A stretch of DNA of 64,000 bases from an uncultured Microthrixaceae bacterium (lineage in GTDB: Bacteria; Actinomycetota; Acidimicrobiia; Acidimicrobiales; DATDAH01), in assembly GCA_963777805.1 (NCBI GenBank), contig CAVZRY010000002.1, positions 485,739 through 549,738 on the forward strand, read 5' to 3'. Position numbers and translations under genes: made by a program. How positions within the stretch are numbered: the first letter of the stretch is position 1; every line of letters starts with the position of its first letter. Shown here one piece after another: positions 1 through 9,427 of the stretch. Under the pieces are notes generated by a model, which did not search any database, was not told where the DNA came from, and was given only the letters and a program-made list of their open reading frames with translations.

Positions 1-374
1 ACGTCGAGGGCCGGGACCTCATGGGCGACGACGCGGACGTGGTGGTCACCGACGGCTTCACCGGCAACGTCGCCCTCAAGACCCTCGAGGGCGGGCTGAA
101 GTCGATCGTCGGGGCCATCTACGAGGTGTTCGGCTCCACCGAGGAGACCCGGGCGGCCGCCGACGTGCTCCTGCCCGCCCTGATCCCTCTGGCCGAGCAG
201 CTGGACCCCGACACGACGGGTGGGGCCATGCTCCTGGGCGTCGACGGGGTCTGCATCATCAGCCACGGCTCGTCGTCGGCCCGGGCTGTGGTCAACGCGG
301 TCAAGGTGGCCGCCGAGATGGTCGAGGCCGATCTCGTCGGGGGCCTCACCGCGGCGATCCGACCGCCGGAGTGA
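1..374 (+). CDS. plsX: Phosphate acyltransferase PlsX, C-terminal part (5' end outside window)
   Basis: Frame is open from the window edge to TGA 372-374. Translation DGFTGNVALKTLEGG...CIISHGSSSARAV is PlsX-like. Followed by acpP and rnc. Confidence 0.85.
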   Translation, partial: VEGRDLMGDDADVVVTDGFTGNVALKTLEGGLKSIVGAIYEVFGSTEETRAAADVLLPALIPLAEQLDPDTTGGAMLLGVDGVCIISHGSSSARAVVNAVKVAAEMVEADLVGGLTAAIRPPE

Positions 375-487
375 ACTGAGGGATCACCAGACATCCTGAA
401 AGGGATGCTCGTGCTACCCGCAAGCGGGAGGTCGGCGGGGCTACACTTGTTCGACCACCACGACGAGCGAACGGGGAGAGTGCGCAC

Positions 488-778
488 GTGCCGGCCGAGA
501 CCCATGTCGAACAGGGCCCGATGGGACGTCCCGAGGTGCTGGCGCTGATCCAGGACCGTCTGGCCGACATCCTCGAGATCGAGCCCAACCAGATCCAGGA
601 GGGCCATTCCTTCCAGGACGACCTGGACGCCGACTCCCTGGCCCTGATCGAGCTGGTGGAGGCCCTCGAGGAGGAGCTGTCCGAGCGTTCGGTCGGGTTC
701 CGCATCGAGGACGAGGACCTCGAGGACCTGAAGTCGGTCCGCGACGCCGTGGACTACGTGGTCGCCCGCCTCGGCTGA
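488..778 (+). CDS. acpP: Acyl carrier protein
   Basis: 96-aa ORF with the phosphopantetheine-attachment motif DLDADSLALIELV. GGGGAGAG lies 7 nt upstream of GTG 488. Confidence 0.85.
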   Translation: MPAETHVEQGPMGRPEVLALIQDRLADILEIEPNQIQEGHSFQDDLDADSLALIELVEALEEELSERSVGFRIEDEDLEDLKSVRDAVDYVVARLG

Positions 779-793
779 GGCGTCGGCGATGAC

Positions 794-1528
794 GTGACGA
801 GGGGACCTGTGGACACCAGCGAGCGCGCCATGACCGACCTGGCCGCGCGCCTCGGTCACCGCTTCGCCGAACCCGGCCTCCTCGTCGAGGCCATGACGCA
901 CCGGTCCTGGTGCGCCGAGAACCCCGGCACCCCCTCCAACGAGCGGCTGGAGTTCCTGGGCGACGCCGTGCTCGGCCTGGTGGTCGCCGACCACCTGTTC
1001 CAGGTGGACGGGGCCATGCCCGAGGGCGACCTGGCGATGGCCCGGGCCGCCGTGGTCAGCACCGAGGCCCTCGCCCAGGTCGCCTCCCGCATCGAGCTCG
1101 GGCAGTTCATCCGCCTGGGCAAGGGCGAGGACGCCACCGGTGGCCGGGACAAGCGCTCGATCCTGGCCGACGCCATGGAGGCCGTGATCGGCGCCGTCTA
1201 CGTCGACGGTGGCCTCGACGCCGCGCGTGACCTGGTGCTGCCCCTGGTGGCCGACCGGCTCGCCGGCGCCGTCGCCGGCCCCGGCGAGGCCGACCACAAG
1301 ACCCGGCTGCAGGAGGCCTCGGCCCGCCGCTACGGCCAGGTCCCGCGCTATGAGGTGTCGGGCACCGGCCCGGACCACGACCGCCGGTTCACCGCCGTCG
1401 TGCGCATCGGCGGCACCGAACGGGGCCACGGCACCGGCAAGTCGAAGAAGGAGGCCGAGCAGGCCGCCGCCCGCGAAGCGTGGCGGGCCCTCCGCGCCGA
1501 ACCCGAGAGCCGAACCGCTGATGCCTGA
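794..1528 (+). CDS. rnc: Ribonuclease III
   Basis: RNase III signature ERLEFLGDAVLGLVVADHLF and a C-terminal dsRNA-binding region (GKSKKEAEQAAAREA). An alternative start at ATG 830 is possible. Confidence 0.9.
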   Translation: MTRGPVDTSERAMTDLAARLGHRFAEPGLLVEAMTHRSWCAENPGTPSNERLEFLGDAVLGLVVADHLFQVDGAMPEGDLAMARAAVVSTEALAQVASRIELGQFIRLGKGEDATGGRDKRSILADAMEAVIGAVYVDGGLDAARDLVLPLVADRLAGAVAGPGEADHKTRLQEASARRYGQVPRYEVSGTGPDHDRRFTAVVRIGGTERGHGTGKSKKEAEQAAAREAWRALRAEPESRTADA

Positions 1529-1590
1529 GCTGCCCCCCACGTCGAAGCGCCCGACGCCGTCGCCCCCCACCACCGTCGGGACACCGGACC

Positions 1591-2427
1591 ATGCCTGAGC
1601 TCCCTGAAGTCGAGACCGTCCGCCGGGACCTGGAGCGCGACATCGCGGGCCTGCGCATCAAGGACGTCGAGGTCACCGACCTGCGTTCGATCCGCCGCCA
1701 CGGCAAGAAGGCGCCGTTCGTCAAGGCCCTGGACGGGGCCAAGGTCACCCACGTCAACCGGCGGGGCAAGTACCTGGTGCTCTCCCTGGACACCGGCCGC
1801 GTGCTGGTCATCCACCTGGGCATGAGCGGCCAGCTGCGGCGGAACGCGGCCAAGGACGCCCTGGAGCAGCACACCCGCGTGGTGCTCACCTTCACCCAGA
1901 AGGGCCAGCTCCGCTTCATCGACCCCCGCAAGTTCGGCGAGATGTTCGTGGTCGAGGCCGACGCCGTCGACGACGAGGTCCCCGAGCTGGCCCATCTGGG
2001 CTTCGACCCCGTCGAGCAGGCGGTGTCCTGGACCCGTTTCGGCCAGGCCCTGGTGAACCGCAGCGTGAAGCTGAAGCCGCTGCTGATGGACCAGAAGTTC
2101 ATCGCCGGGATCGGCAACATCTACGCGGACGAGATCCTCTACGGCGCCGGCCTGCGCTATGACCGCCTGTCGGATTCGCTGTCCACCCAGGAGATCCGCC
2201 GGCTCTACCGCTCGCTGGTCGAGACCCTGCACGACGCCATCAAGTACCGCGGCTCGACCCTCTCCGACGGTCAGTACGTCGACCTCCAGGGCAAGCCGGG
2301 CGAGTACCAGGAGCACCATCAGGTCTATGACCGCGAGGGCCAGGCCTGCCGCCGCTGCCGCTCGGTCATCGTCCGGGTGAAGGCCAACAGCCGCAGCACC
2401 TTCTACTGCGAGCAGTGCCAGGTGTGA
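1591..2427 (+). CDS. mutM: Formamidopyrimidine-DNA glycosylase
   Basis: N-terminal MPELPEVETVRRDL (catalytic Pro2/Glu3) and C-terminal zinc finger CRRCRSVI...FYCEQCQ. Confidence 0.92.
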   Translation: MPELPEVETVRRDLERDIAGLRIKDVEVTDLRSIRRHGKKAPFVKALDGAKVTHVNRRGKYLVLSLDTGRVLVIHLGMSGQLRRNAAKDALEQHTRVVLTFTQKGQLRFIDPRKFGEMFVVEADAVDDEVPELAHLGFDPVEQAVSWTRFGQALVNRSVKLKPLLMDQKFIAGIGNIYADEILYGAGLRYDRLSDSLSTQEIRRLYRSLVETLHDAIKYRGSTLSDGQYVDLQGKPGEYQEHHQVYDREGQACRRCRSVIVRVKANSRSTFYCEQCQV

Positions 2428-2428
2428 T

Positions 2429-2488
2429 CGCGTAGCGATCGGCGGGCCGAATAGGCCTGCAAGGCGATGAGCCGTCAGGCGAAGAGCC
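2429..2488. repeat. 60-nt intergenic repeat, copy A (core 2445-2488)
   Basis: cgcgtagcgatcggcgggccgaataggcctgcaaggcgatgagccgtcaggcgaagagcc. The 44-nt core differs at only 2 positions from 8438-8481. Confidence 0.8.
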
Positions 2489-2609
2489 CTGAGCACTGAG
2501 GACCTGACCGACACAGGCTGACACGGCACACCCTGAGATCCGTGGGGTGCGCGATCGGCTCGGGGGGGCTGGCTAACGTCCGGAGCATCACTGTTCCGCG
2601 GGGTCTGAC

Positions 2610-5600
2610 GTGTTCCTGAAGTCGTTGTCCATGAAGGGCTTCAAGTCCTTCGCCGACGCCACCCGGCTCGACCTCGAGCCCGGCATCACCGTGGTCGTCG
2701 GCCCCAACGGGAGCGGCAAGTCCAACGTCGTGGACGCCATCGGCTGGGTGCTCGGTGCGCAGGCCCCGAGCATCGTGCGCTCCAAGGCGATGGACGACGT
2801 GATCTTCGCCGGGACCTCCCAGCGCCCCGCGCTCGGCCGGGCCGAGGTGGCCCTCACCATCGACAACTCGGCCGGGCTGCTGCCCATCGAGTTCACCGAG
2901 GTCACCATCAGCCGGACGCTGTTCCGCTCCGGCGACAGCGAGTACGCCATCAACAACGTCCCCTGTCGCCTGCTGGACATCCAGGACCTGCTCTCGGACT
3001 CCGGCGTCGGTCGCCAGCAGCACGTCATCGTCAGCCAGGGCCAGATCGACGCCGTGCTCAACGCCAAGGCCGAGGACCGGCGGGCGATCATCGAGGAGGC
3101 CGCCGGCATCCTCAAGTACCGCAAGCGCAAGGAGCGCTCCGAACGCCGCCTGACCGCGACCGAGGGCAACCTGAACCGGCTGCAGGACCTCGTGCGTGAG
3201 GTCCGTCGCCAGCTGCGCCCGTTGGAGAAGCAGGCCGACGCCGCCCGCCGTCACGCCGGGGTCGTCGCCGAGCTGACCGCCCTGCGCCTCTACATCGCCG
3301 GCCGCCAGATCGACGAGCTGCGCACCCGCCTCGAGAAGGCCGTCACCGCCAAGGCCGAGCTGGCCCGCGAGGGCGAGGACCTGAAGGGCCGCCTGGCCCA
3401 CCTCGATGCCGAGGTCACGCGCGCCGAGGCCGAGCTGTCGGCCCGCGGGGCCGACGACGTCGGCGACGACCTCGTCCGCTTCGAGTCCCTGCGGGAGCGG
3501 GCCCGGGGCCTCTCGGCCGTGCTCAAGGAGCGGGCCCGCGGCATCGACCGGGAGCGCCTGTCCTTCACCGACCAGGGCGTGATCTTCTCCCTGGAGGCCG
3601 ATGCCGCCGCCCTGCGCCAGGAGCTGGTCGATGCGGCGGCCGAGATCGAGCGCCTCGGTCCCGAGCTGGAGGGCCTGGCCGAGTCCACCGCCCTGCTGGA
3701 GCAGGACCGGGCCGCGTTCGACCAGCGGGCGGCCGACACCGACACCGACTCCGACGGTCGGGCCGCCGAGGCCCGGGGCGAGCTCATCGCCCGTCGCGGC
3801 GGCATCGAGCGCGACACCAGCGAGCTCAACCGGCTGGAGGCCCGGCTGGCCGAACTGGCCGCCACCGCCGAGCGCCTGGACGCCGACGCCACCCGACGCC
3901 GGGAGGACATCGACCGGATCGTCGAGGCCGAGCGTCCCCTGATCGACGCCCTCGAGGAGGCCGAGCACGCCCGGGGCCGGATCGAGCACGACCTCACACG
4001 GGCCGAGGACGCCCTGCGTCGGGCCGACGCCGAGCGCCACCGCTGGTCGGCCCGGGCCGACGCCCTGGCGCTGGCCCTGGAGGACGCCCGGTCGCGGTCG
4101 GGGGCTGACCACCTGACCTCGGTCGACGGCGTGCTGGGGCCGTTGTTCGAGGCCATCGAGGTCGACGACGGCTGGCTCCCCGCGCTGGAGGCCGCCATCG
4201 GCGACGCCCTCGGCACCGTGGTGGTGGCCGACGTGGCCGCGGCCCGCCGGGCGATCAGCCGCCTGCGCGACGGTGAGCACACCGGCGCCGTGCTGCCGGT
4301 CGCCCTCGATCGGGCCATCGGCGAGGTCCCGGCGGTCGGCGAGCCCGTCCGGGCCCACGTCCGGGCCCAGCGAGCTGAGGTCGAGGCCGTGCTCGACGTC
4401 CTGGTGGGCGCCGCGGTGGCCGTCGACGGGGACTGGACCGTGGCCGCCGACGCCGCCGAGGCCCATCCCGAGGCCGTGATCGTCACCCGGGAGGGCGACC
4501 GCTTCAGCCCCGCCGGCTGGCGGGTCGGTTCCCAGCAGGGGGGCGCCACCCAGGCCGCGCTGGACGAGGCCCGGGAGCGGGCCGAGACCGCCGAGCGGGA
4601 GCACGCCGGCGCGGTCGAAGGCCTCGACGCCGCCCGCCGGGACCTGGCCGAGGCCCAGGGCATCGAGGCCGATGTGGCCCGGGAGATCGACGAGCACGAC
4701 GGCCGCCGGACCACGGCGCTGGAAGGACTGGCCCGGGTCGACGCCGACCGCCGTGACGGCGAGACCGAGAAGGACGCCCTGACCACGCACCGCGACGAGG
4801 TCGCGGCCCGCCTGAGCCGGGAGCAGGCCCGGGTGGCCGAGCTGGAGGCCGGTCTGGCCGAGCTGGAGGTCGACGAGGACGCGGCCAAGGCGGCGGGGCG
4901 CGAGCTGCGCACGTTGCGGGGGGCGATCGAGGAGCGGGCGGCCGAGCTCGCCTCCCGTCGGACCGACCTCGAGGTCCGTCAGGCTTCGGTCCGGGAACGC
5001 ATCCGGGTGGCCGAGCAGCGGCTGGGTGAGATCGAGCCCCGTCTGGCCAAGGACGCCCACGAGCGGGAGCACGCCGAGAGCCGCCGGGGCGAGATCGACG
5101 CCCGGGCCACCGCCGTCGACCGCCTGAGCCGAGAGGTCGAGGCCCGCTCGGCGGAGATCGACCAGGTCCTGGACGGGCTGCGCGAGAAGCGCCGGGCCCA
5201 ATCCGAAGCCGTGCGGGGCGTGGCGGCCCGGCTGGACGGGCTGCGCCGGGAGCGCAGCGAGGCCGAGCGCACCCTCGGCGAGGTCCGCGAGCGCTCCCAG
5301 CGCGAAGAGGTCCGGGAGGCCGAGGTCGCGGTCCGCCTGGAGACGGCCATCGAGACCCTCCGGGTGGAGCTGGACTGCGAGCCCGATCGGGCCGTGGCCA
5401 GCGAGTGCCCGCCCCTGCCCGAGGGCAACACCGCCACCGGCCGGGCCCGCGAGCTCGAGCGGGACCTACGGCTGATGGGCCCGATCAACCCGCTCGCCCT
5501 CGAGGAGTTCGAGCAGCTCCAGGAGCGCCACGAGTTCCTGAACGGCCAGCTGGAGGACGTGCAGGAGTCCCGCCGGGAGCTGCGCAAGGTCATCAAGGCC

Positions 5601-6086
5601 ATCGACGACGAGATCCGTGACGTCTTCACCGCGGCCTACGCCGACGTGGCGGCCAACTTCGAGTCCCTGTTCTCGACCCTGTTCCCCGGCGGCACCGGTC
5701 GCCTGAGCCTGACTGACCCGGACAACCTGCTGGACACCGGGTTGGAGATCGAGGCCAAGCCGTCGGGCAAGAACGTCCGGAAGCTCTCGCTGCTGTCCGG
5801 TGGCGAGCGGTCCCTCACCGCGCTGGCCTTCCTGTTCGCGGTCTTCCGCAGCCGCCCGTCGCCCTTCTATGTGATGGACGAGGTCGAGGCCGCCCTCGAC
5901 GACGTGAACCTCCACCGGTTCCTCGACCTCCTGGCGGAGTTCCGCCAGGAGGCCCAGCTCATCGTGGTCAGCCACCAGAAGCGCACCATGGAGGCCGGCG
6001 ACGTCCTCTACGGCGTCACCATGCAGCCCGGTGGCTCCTCCAAGGTCATCTCCGAGCGGGTCACCGACTCCGAACTGGTGAACTGA
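2610..6086 (+). CDS. smc: Chromosome segregation protein SMC
   Basis: Uninterrupted 1158-aa ORF. Walker A GPNGSGKSN, long coiled coils with a hinge, C-terminal LSGGERSL signature and Walker B FYVMDEVEAALD. Confidence 0.95.
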   Translation: MFLKSLSMKGFKSFADATRLDLEPGITVVVGPNGSGKSNVVDAIGWVLGAQAPSIVRSKAMDDVIFAGTSQRPALGRAEVALTIDNSAGLLPIEFTEVTISRTLFRSGDSEYAINNVPCRLLDIQDLLSDSGVGRQQHVIVSQGQIDAVLNAKAEDRRAIIEEAAGILKYRKRKERSERRLTATEGNLNRLQDLVREVRRQLRPLEKQADAARRHAGVVAELTALRLYIAGRQIDELRTRLEKAVTAKAELAREGEDLKGRLAHLDAEVTRAEAELSARGADDVGDDLVRFESLRERARGLSAVLKERARGIDRERLSFTDQGVIFSLEADAAALRQELVDAAAEIERLGPELEGLAESTALLEQDRAAFDQRAADTDTDSDGRAAEARGELIARRGGIERDTSELNRLEARLAELAATAERLDADATRRREDIDRIVEAERPLIDALEEAEHARGRIEHDLTRAEDALRRADAERHRWSARADALALALEDARSRSGADHLTSVDGVLGPLFEAIEVDDGWLPALEAAIGDALGTVVVADVAAARRAISRLRDGEHTGAVLPVALDRAIGEVPAVGEPVRAHVRAQRAEVEAVLDVLVGAAVAVDGDWTVAADAAEAHPEAVIVTREGDRFSPAGWRVGSQQGGATQAALDEARERAETAEREHAGAVEGLDAARRDLAEAQGIEADVAREIDEHDGRRTTALEGLARVDADRRDGETEKDALTTHRDEVAARLSREQARVAELEAGLAELEVDEDAAKAAGRELRTLRGAIEERAAELASRRTDLEVRQASVRERIRVAEQRLGEIEPRLAKDAHEREHAESRRGEIDARATAVDRLSREVEARSAEIDQVLDGLREKRRAQSEAVRGVAARLDGLRRERSEAERTLGEVRERSQREEVREAEVAVRLETAIETLRVELDCEPDRAVASECPPLPEGNTATGRARELERDLRLMGPINPLALEEFEQLQERHEFLNGQLEDVQESRRELRKVIKAIDDEIRDVFTAAYADVAANFESLFSTLFPGGTGRLSLTDPDNLLDTGLEIEAKPSGKNVRKLSLLSGGERSLTALAFLFAVFRSRPSPFYVMDEVEAALDDVNLHRFLDLLAEFRQEAQLIVVSHQKRTMEAGDVLYGVTMQPGGSSKVISERVTDSELVN

Positions 6087-6111
6087 TCCGCGGCGGTCCC
6101 GGCCCGACGGG

Positions 6112-7422
6112 TCAGCGGCGGACCCCGACGGGACGAGTCGTGTCCTGGTTGGTGGCGTCGCCCAGCTGGCCCTTGTCGTTGCTCCCGACGCAGACGGCCT
6201 GACCGCCGCCCAGGCGAAGGCAGGTGTGGTCGAGCCCACCGCCGATGGCGAACTGGCCGCTGCCGGCCCCGCCCAGGTTGACGGTGCCGGCCACGTTCTG
6301 CATGGCGACGGCCCGCTTGCGGTCCACGGTGCTCCGGTCGCCGAGCTGACCGCCGGTGTTGCGGCCCCAGCAGCGGACCTGGCCGTTGCCGAGGCGGGCG
6401 CAGCTGTGGTCGTCGCCCACCCCGAGGCCGGTCACACCGGTGAGCGCCGCGTTGCTGGGCACCGTCACCACGTGCGGGCGGTTCTCGGCCGGTCCGTCAC
6501 CCTTGCCCAGCTGGCCGTGGGTGTTGTCACCCCAGCAGGCGACCCGGCCGGTGTTGATGCGGGCGCAGGCGTGGAGCAGGCCGGCATGGACCTCGGCCAC
6601 GTTGGACAGGGAGCCGGCGCCGCCGAGGCCGGCCACCAGCACCGGGCGGTCGTGAGGGTTGTTGGTCTCATCGCCGAGCTGGCCGGCCGCCCCCGCCCCC
6701 CAGCAGGCGACGCGGCCGTTCGCGAAGGTGGCGCAGGTGAAGTTCTTGCCGGCGCTGACCTGCGCCACACCGGTGAGGGGGCCCGTGCCGTCGAGGTTCG
6801 TGACCGTCACGGGCCGGTTGGTGTCAGCGTTGTCGTCGTTGCCCAGCTCGCCCTCGTCGTTGCGACCCCAGCAGCGGACCTGGCCGCCGAGCAGGACGGC
6901 GCAGGTGTGGGTGAAGCCGGCCGACACCTGACGGACGTTGGTCAGGTTGCCGTTGCCGGTGGCGGCCACGACTGGCTGGGCGTTGACCGGCGAGCCCGCC
7001 GAGCCGGTGCCCAAGCCGCCCTCGATGTTCGATCCCCAGCAGCGCACCTCGGTGGAGGTCAGCACCGCGCACGAGTGGTTGCCGCCGGTGGACACTTGGG
7101 TGATGGTGGCCATGGGCGCCGTACCGCCGCCGTTCTCGACGGCCACGGGCCGGGCCGCGTTCGACTGGGTGCCGTCGCCCAGTTGGCGGAACGAGTTGTC
7201 GCCCCAGCACCGGGCCTGGCCGTTGGACAGGCGGGCGCAGGTGACGTCGATCCCAGCGTCGATCTGGGTCATGCCGGTGAGTGCGGCTTCGGTGCCGTCG
7301 GCCTCGGGCTGGGCGCCGGCGGCGGTGGGCCCCCAGGTCGGCAGGAGCGCAGTGGCCAGCGCCACGGTCACGAGCAGGGCGAAGCGGCTACGGAGCATGG
7401 CCGTGAACGTACTCCGCGGCAT
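6112..7422 (-). CDS. Secreted RCC1-repeat (beta-propeller) protein
   Basis: 436 aa with an N-terminal signal-like segment (RFALLVTVALATALLPTWGPTAAGA). About seven repeats of the C(W)G.N..GQLGDG type (RCWGDNSFRQLGDGT, RCWGRNDEGELGN, ACWGDNTHGQLGKG ...). Confidence 0.8.
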   Translation of the reverse strand: MPRSTFTAMLRSRFALLVTVALATALLPTWGPTAAGAQPEADGTEAALTGMTQIDAGIDVTCARLSNGQARCWGDNSFRQLGDGTQSNAARPVAVENGGGTAPMATITQVSTGGNHSCAVLTSTEVRCWGSNIEGGLGTGSAGSPVNAQPVVAATGNGNLTNVRQVSAGFTHTCAVLLGGQVRCWGRNDEGELGNDDNADTNRPVTVTNLDGTGPLTGVAQVSAGKNFTCATFANGRVACWGAGAAGQLGDETNNPHDRPVLVAGLGGAGSLSNVAEVHAGLLHACARINTGRVACWGDNTHGQLGKGDGPAENRPHVVTVPSNAALTGVTGLGVGDDHSCARLGNGQVRCWGRNTGGQLGDRSTVDRKRAVAMQNVAGTVNLGGAGSGQFAIGGGLDHTCLRLGGGQAVCVGSNDKGQLGDATNQDTTRPVGVRR

Positions 7423-7434
7423 GGCGCCGGGCGC

Positions 7435-8406
7435 TCACGGCAGGCGGCTGAACCAGAGCAGGGAGAGGGCCGAGGTCACGACGAGGAGGGCGATGCCGAG
7501 GCCGAGGAACCAGGTGCCGACCTCGCGTTCGACGGTCTCGGAGTCGACGGTGCCGCCGATGTCGGCGAAGGCGTCGGCCAGCTCGTCACCGGTGGTGGCC
7601 GAGAAGAACTCGCCACCGGTCGACTCGGCGATGGCCTGAAGCGCCTGTTCGTTGACCGACACGTCCACCGGGCCTTCGCCCGGGATGTCGATGGTGGCGC
7701 CCTGGGTGCCGAAGGCGATGGTCGACACGGGCACCCCGGCGTCTGAGGCTGCTTGAGCCGCCTCGACGTCCGGGCGCCCAGAGGTGGTCTCGCCGTCGGA
7801 CATGACCACGAGCTGGCTGGGCGGCAGGTCCTCGCCGGCTTCGGCGGCGGCATCGGCCTGGTCGGACTGGGCGATCTGGATGGCGTCGAGCCCGGCGAAG
7901 ATGGCCTCGCCGATGGCGGTGAACTCGGCCAGCTCCAGCCGGCCGACCGCGTCACGGACCTCGTCGTGGTCGGTGGTCGGGGTGACCTGGATCGTGGCGG
8001 AGCCGTTGAAGCTGATCAGGCCGACCCGGACGTTGTCGGACAAGCCGTCGACGAGGTCGGTCGCGGCCTCTTGGGCGGCCTCGATGCGGTTCGGCTCGAC
8101 ATCGGTGGCGTCCATCGACAGCGAGGTGTCGATGGCGAGGACCAGCACCGGGCCGAGGGGGGCCGCCTCGTCCCGGGTCGGTCGGGCGATCGACACGACG
8201 AGGAGGGCGAGGGAGGCCAGGAACAGCCCGGCGACGAGGTGTCGGCGCCAACCCGGTCGCTTCGGGGCGACGGAGTCGAGCAGCTCGACGTTGGTGAAGC
8301 GGACCGTGAAGGTCGACCGACGGCGCCATTGCAGCAGGCCGTAGAGGACGGCCAGTGCGGCGACGACCAGCAGCAGCCACAGCCAGTGCGGGGCGAGGTA
8401 GTCCAT
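7435..8406 (-). CDS. VWA domain membrane protein (BatA-like)
   Basis: Start ATG at 8406 (MDYLAPHWLWLLLVV...). Two N-terminal TM segments, MIDAS motif LAIDTSLSMDATD, C-terminal TM. The ORF-track entry 7435..8784 over-extends upstream. Confidence 0.85.
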   Translation of the reverse strand: MDYLAPHWLWLLLVVAALAVLYGLLQWRRRSTFTVRFTNVELLDSVAPKRPGWRRHLVAGLFLASLALLVVSIARPTRDEAAPLGPVLVLAIDTSLSMDATDVEPNRIEAAQEAATDLVDGLSDNVRVGLISFNGSATIQVTPTTDHDEVRDAVGRLELAEFTAIGEAIFAGLDAIQIAQSDQADAAAEAGEDLPPSQLVVMSDGETTSGRPDVEAAQAASDAGVPVSTIAFGTQGATIDIPGEGPVDVSVNEQALQAIAESTGGEFFSATTGDELADAFADIGGTVDSETVEREVGTWFLGLGIALLVVTSALSLLWFSRLP

Positions 8407-8420
8407 CAGGCGCGGGGCAC

Positions 8421-8481
8421 CGCGTAGCGGGGCGGCAGGCCGAACAGGCCTGCAGGGCGATGAGCCGTCAGGCGAAGAGCC
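8421..8481. repeat. 60-nt intergenic repeat, copy B (core 8438-8481)
   Basis: Fills the 76-nt gap between the DUF58 stop (8483) and the VWA start (8406). Same orientation on the + strand as copy A. Confidence 0.8.
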
Positions 8482-8482
8482 A

Positions 8483-9427
8483 TCAACGGTGCGCGGTGCC
8501 GGCGGCGACGCGGCGCCGTTGCTTGCGGCGGCTGACGAAGCGGACGATGTCGAGCAGCCAGTCCCGGTCGGTGCGCAGGACGAGGTGGTCGGCGCCGGCC
8601 TGGCGGAGGCCGCGGGCGATCTCCTCCCGCTGCCGGCCGGCCGCGGCGGCGTAGCGCTCGCGGAGGGCAGGGGAGGTCTGGATCTCGCGGTGGGCGCCGG
8701 TCTCGGGGTCGACCAGGTCGATGACCCCGACGTCGGGGAGGGCGAGCTCCCGGGGGTCGACGACCTCCACGGCCAGCACCTCATGACGGTGGGCGAGGCC
8801 GCGCAGGGCCCGCTCCCAGCCGGTGGGGGCCAGGAAGTCCGAGACCACGACCATCAGGCCCCGGCGGCGCTGTCCCGCCCTCGCCAGGGAGCCGATGGCG
8901 GCGGTCAGGTCCACCGGGCCGTCGGCGCTGACGCCGGACGCCTGGGTGGCGGCGTGCAGCGTCCCCATCAGGTGGCGGCGCCCGGTGCCCGGCGGCAGGA
9001 TCTGCACGCCGTCGGCCCCGGCGACGAGCACGCCGAGGCGGTTGCCCGTCCGCAGGGTGATGAAGCCGATGGCCGCCGTCGCGGCGAGAGCCAGGTCGCG
9101 CTTCTCACACCGGGCGGTGCCGAAGTCCAGGCTGGCCGAGCGGTCCAGCAGCACCCAGACCGCCAGCTCGCGGTCGGCCACCGTCTCCCGGACGTGGATG
9201 TCGGGCATGCGGGCGGTCACGTTCCAGTCGATGCGGCGCACGTCGTCACCGGGGACGTAGGCCCGGGCCTCACCCGGCTCGCTGCCCCGACCGGGGACCA
9301 GGCCCTCGTGCTCGCCGTGCAGCATCCCGTCGAGGCGACGGGTGATGTCCACCTGGAGGCGCCGCAGCACCTCCTCGGCGGGGGCCCCGGCGACCCGAGG
9401 CGGTGCCGTGCCGAGGCGTCGGCTCAC
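8483..9427 (-). CDS. DUF58 family protein (MoxR-operon partner)
   Basis: Motif ARAYVPGDDVRRIDWNVTARM...VLLDRSASLDFG. GTG start at 9427 overlaps the MoxR stop (GTGA). The rest of ORF 8483..10792 is read-through in an alternative frame of moxR. Confidence 0.85.
   Translation of the reverse strand: MSRRLGTAPPRVAGAPAEEVLRRLQVDITRRLDGMLHGEHEGLVPGRGSEPGEARAYVPGDDVRRIDWNVTARMPDIHVRETVADRELAVWVLLDRSASLDFGTARCEKRDLALAATAAIGFITLRTGNRLGVLVAGADGVQILPPGTGRRHLMGTLHAATQASGVSADGPVDLTAAIGSLARAGQRRRGLMVVVSDFLAPTGWERALRGLAHRHEVLAVEVVDPRELALPDVGVIDLVDPETGAHREIQTSPALRERYAAAAGRQREEIARGLRQAGADHLVLRTDRDWLLDIVRFVSRRKQRRRVAAGTAHR

Noticed and set aside
2461-2488. Hammerhead-ribozyme-like string GAUGAG-CCGUCAGG-CGAAG in the 60-nt repeat (also at 8455-8481).
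   Set aside because: The core would need CUGAUGA and GAAA. Here the preceding bases are GC rather than CU, the 3' box is GAAG, stem II would be only 3 bp, and no cleavage-site strand is apparent.
2475-5201. Very long antisense or alternative-frame ORFs, e.g. 2475..5201 (-, 908 aa) opposite smc, 119..1573 (-), 6226..7746 (+), 39865..42441 (-), 43345..45081 (-), 49724..51889 (-).
   Set aside because: Their translations are low-complexity Arg/Gly/Pro/Ala strings with no recognisable motifs. They overlap strongly supported genes on the other strand or frame. Stop-free frames like this are expected in very GC-rich DNA.
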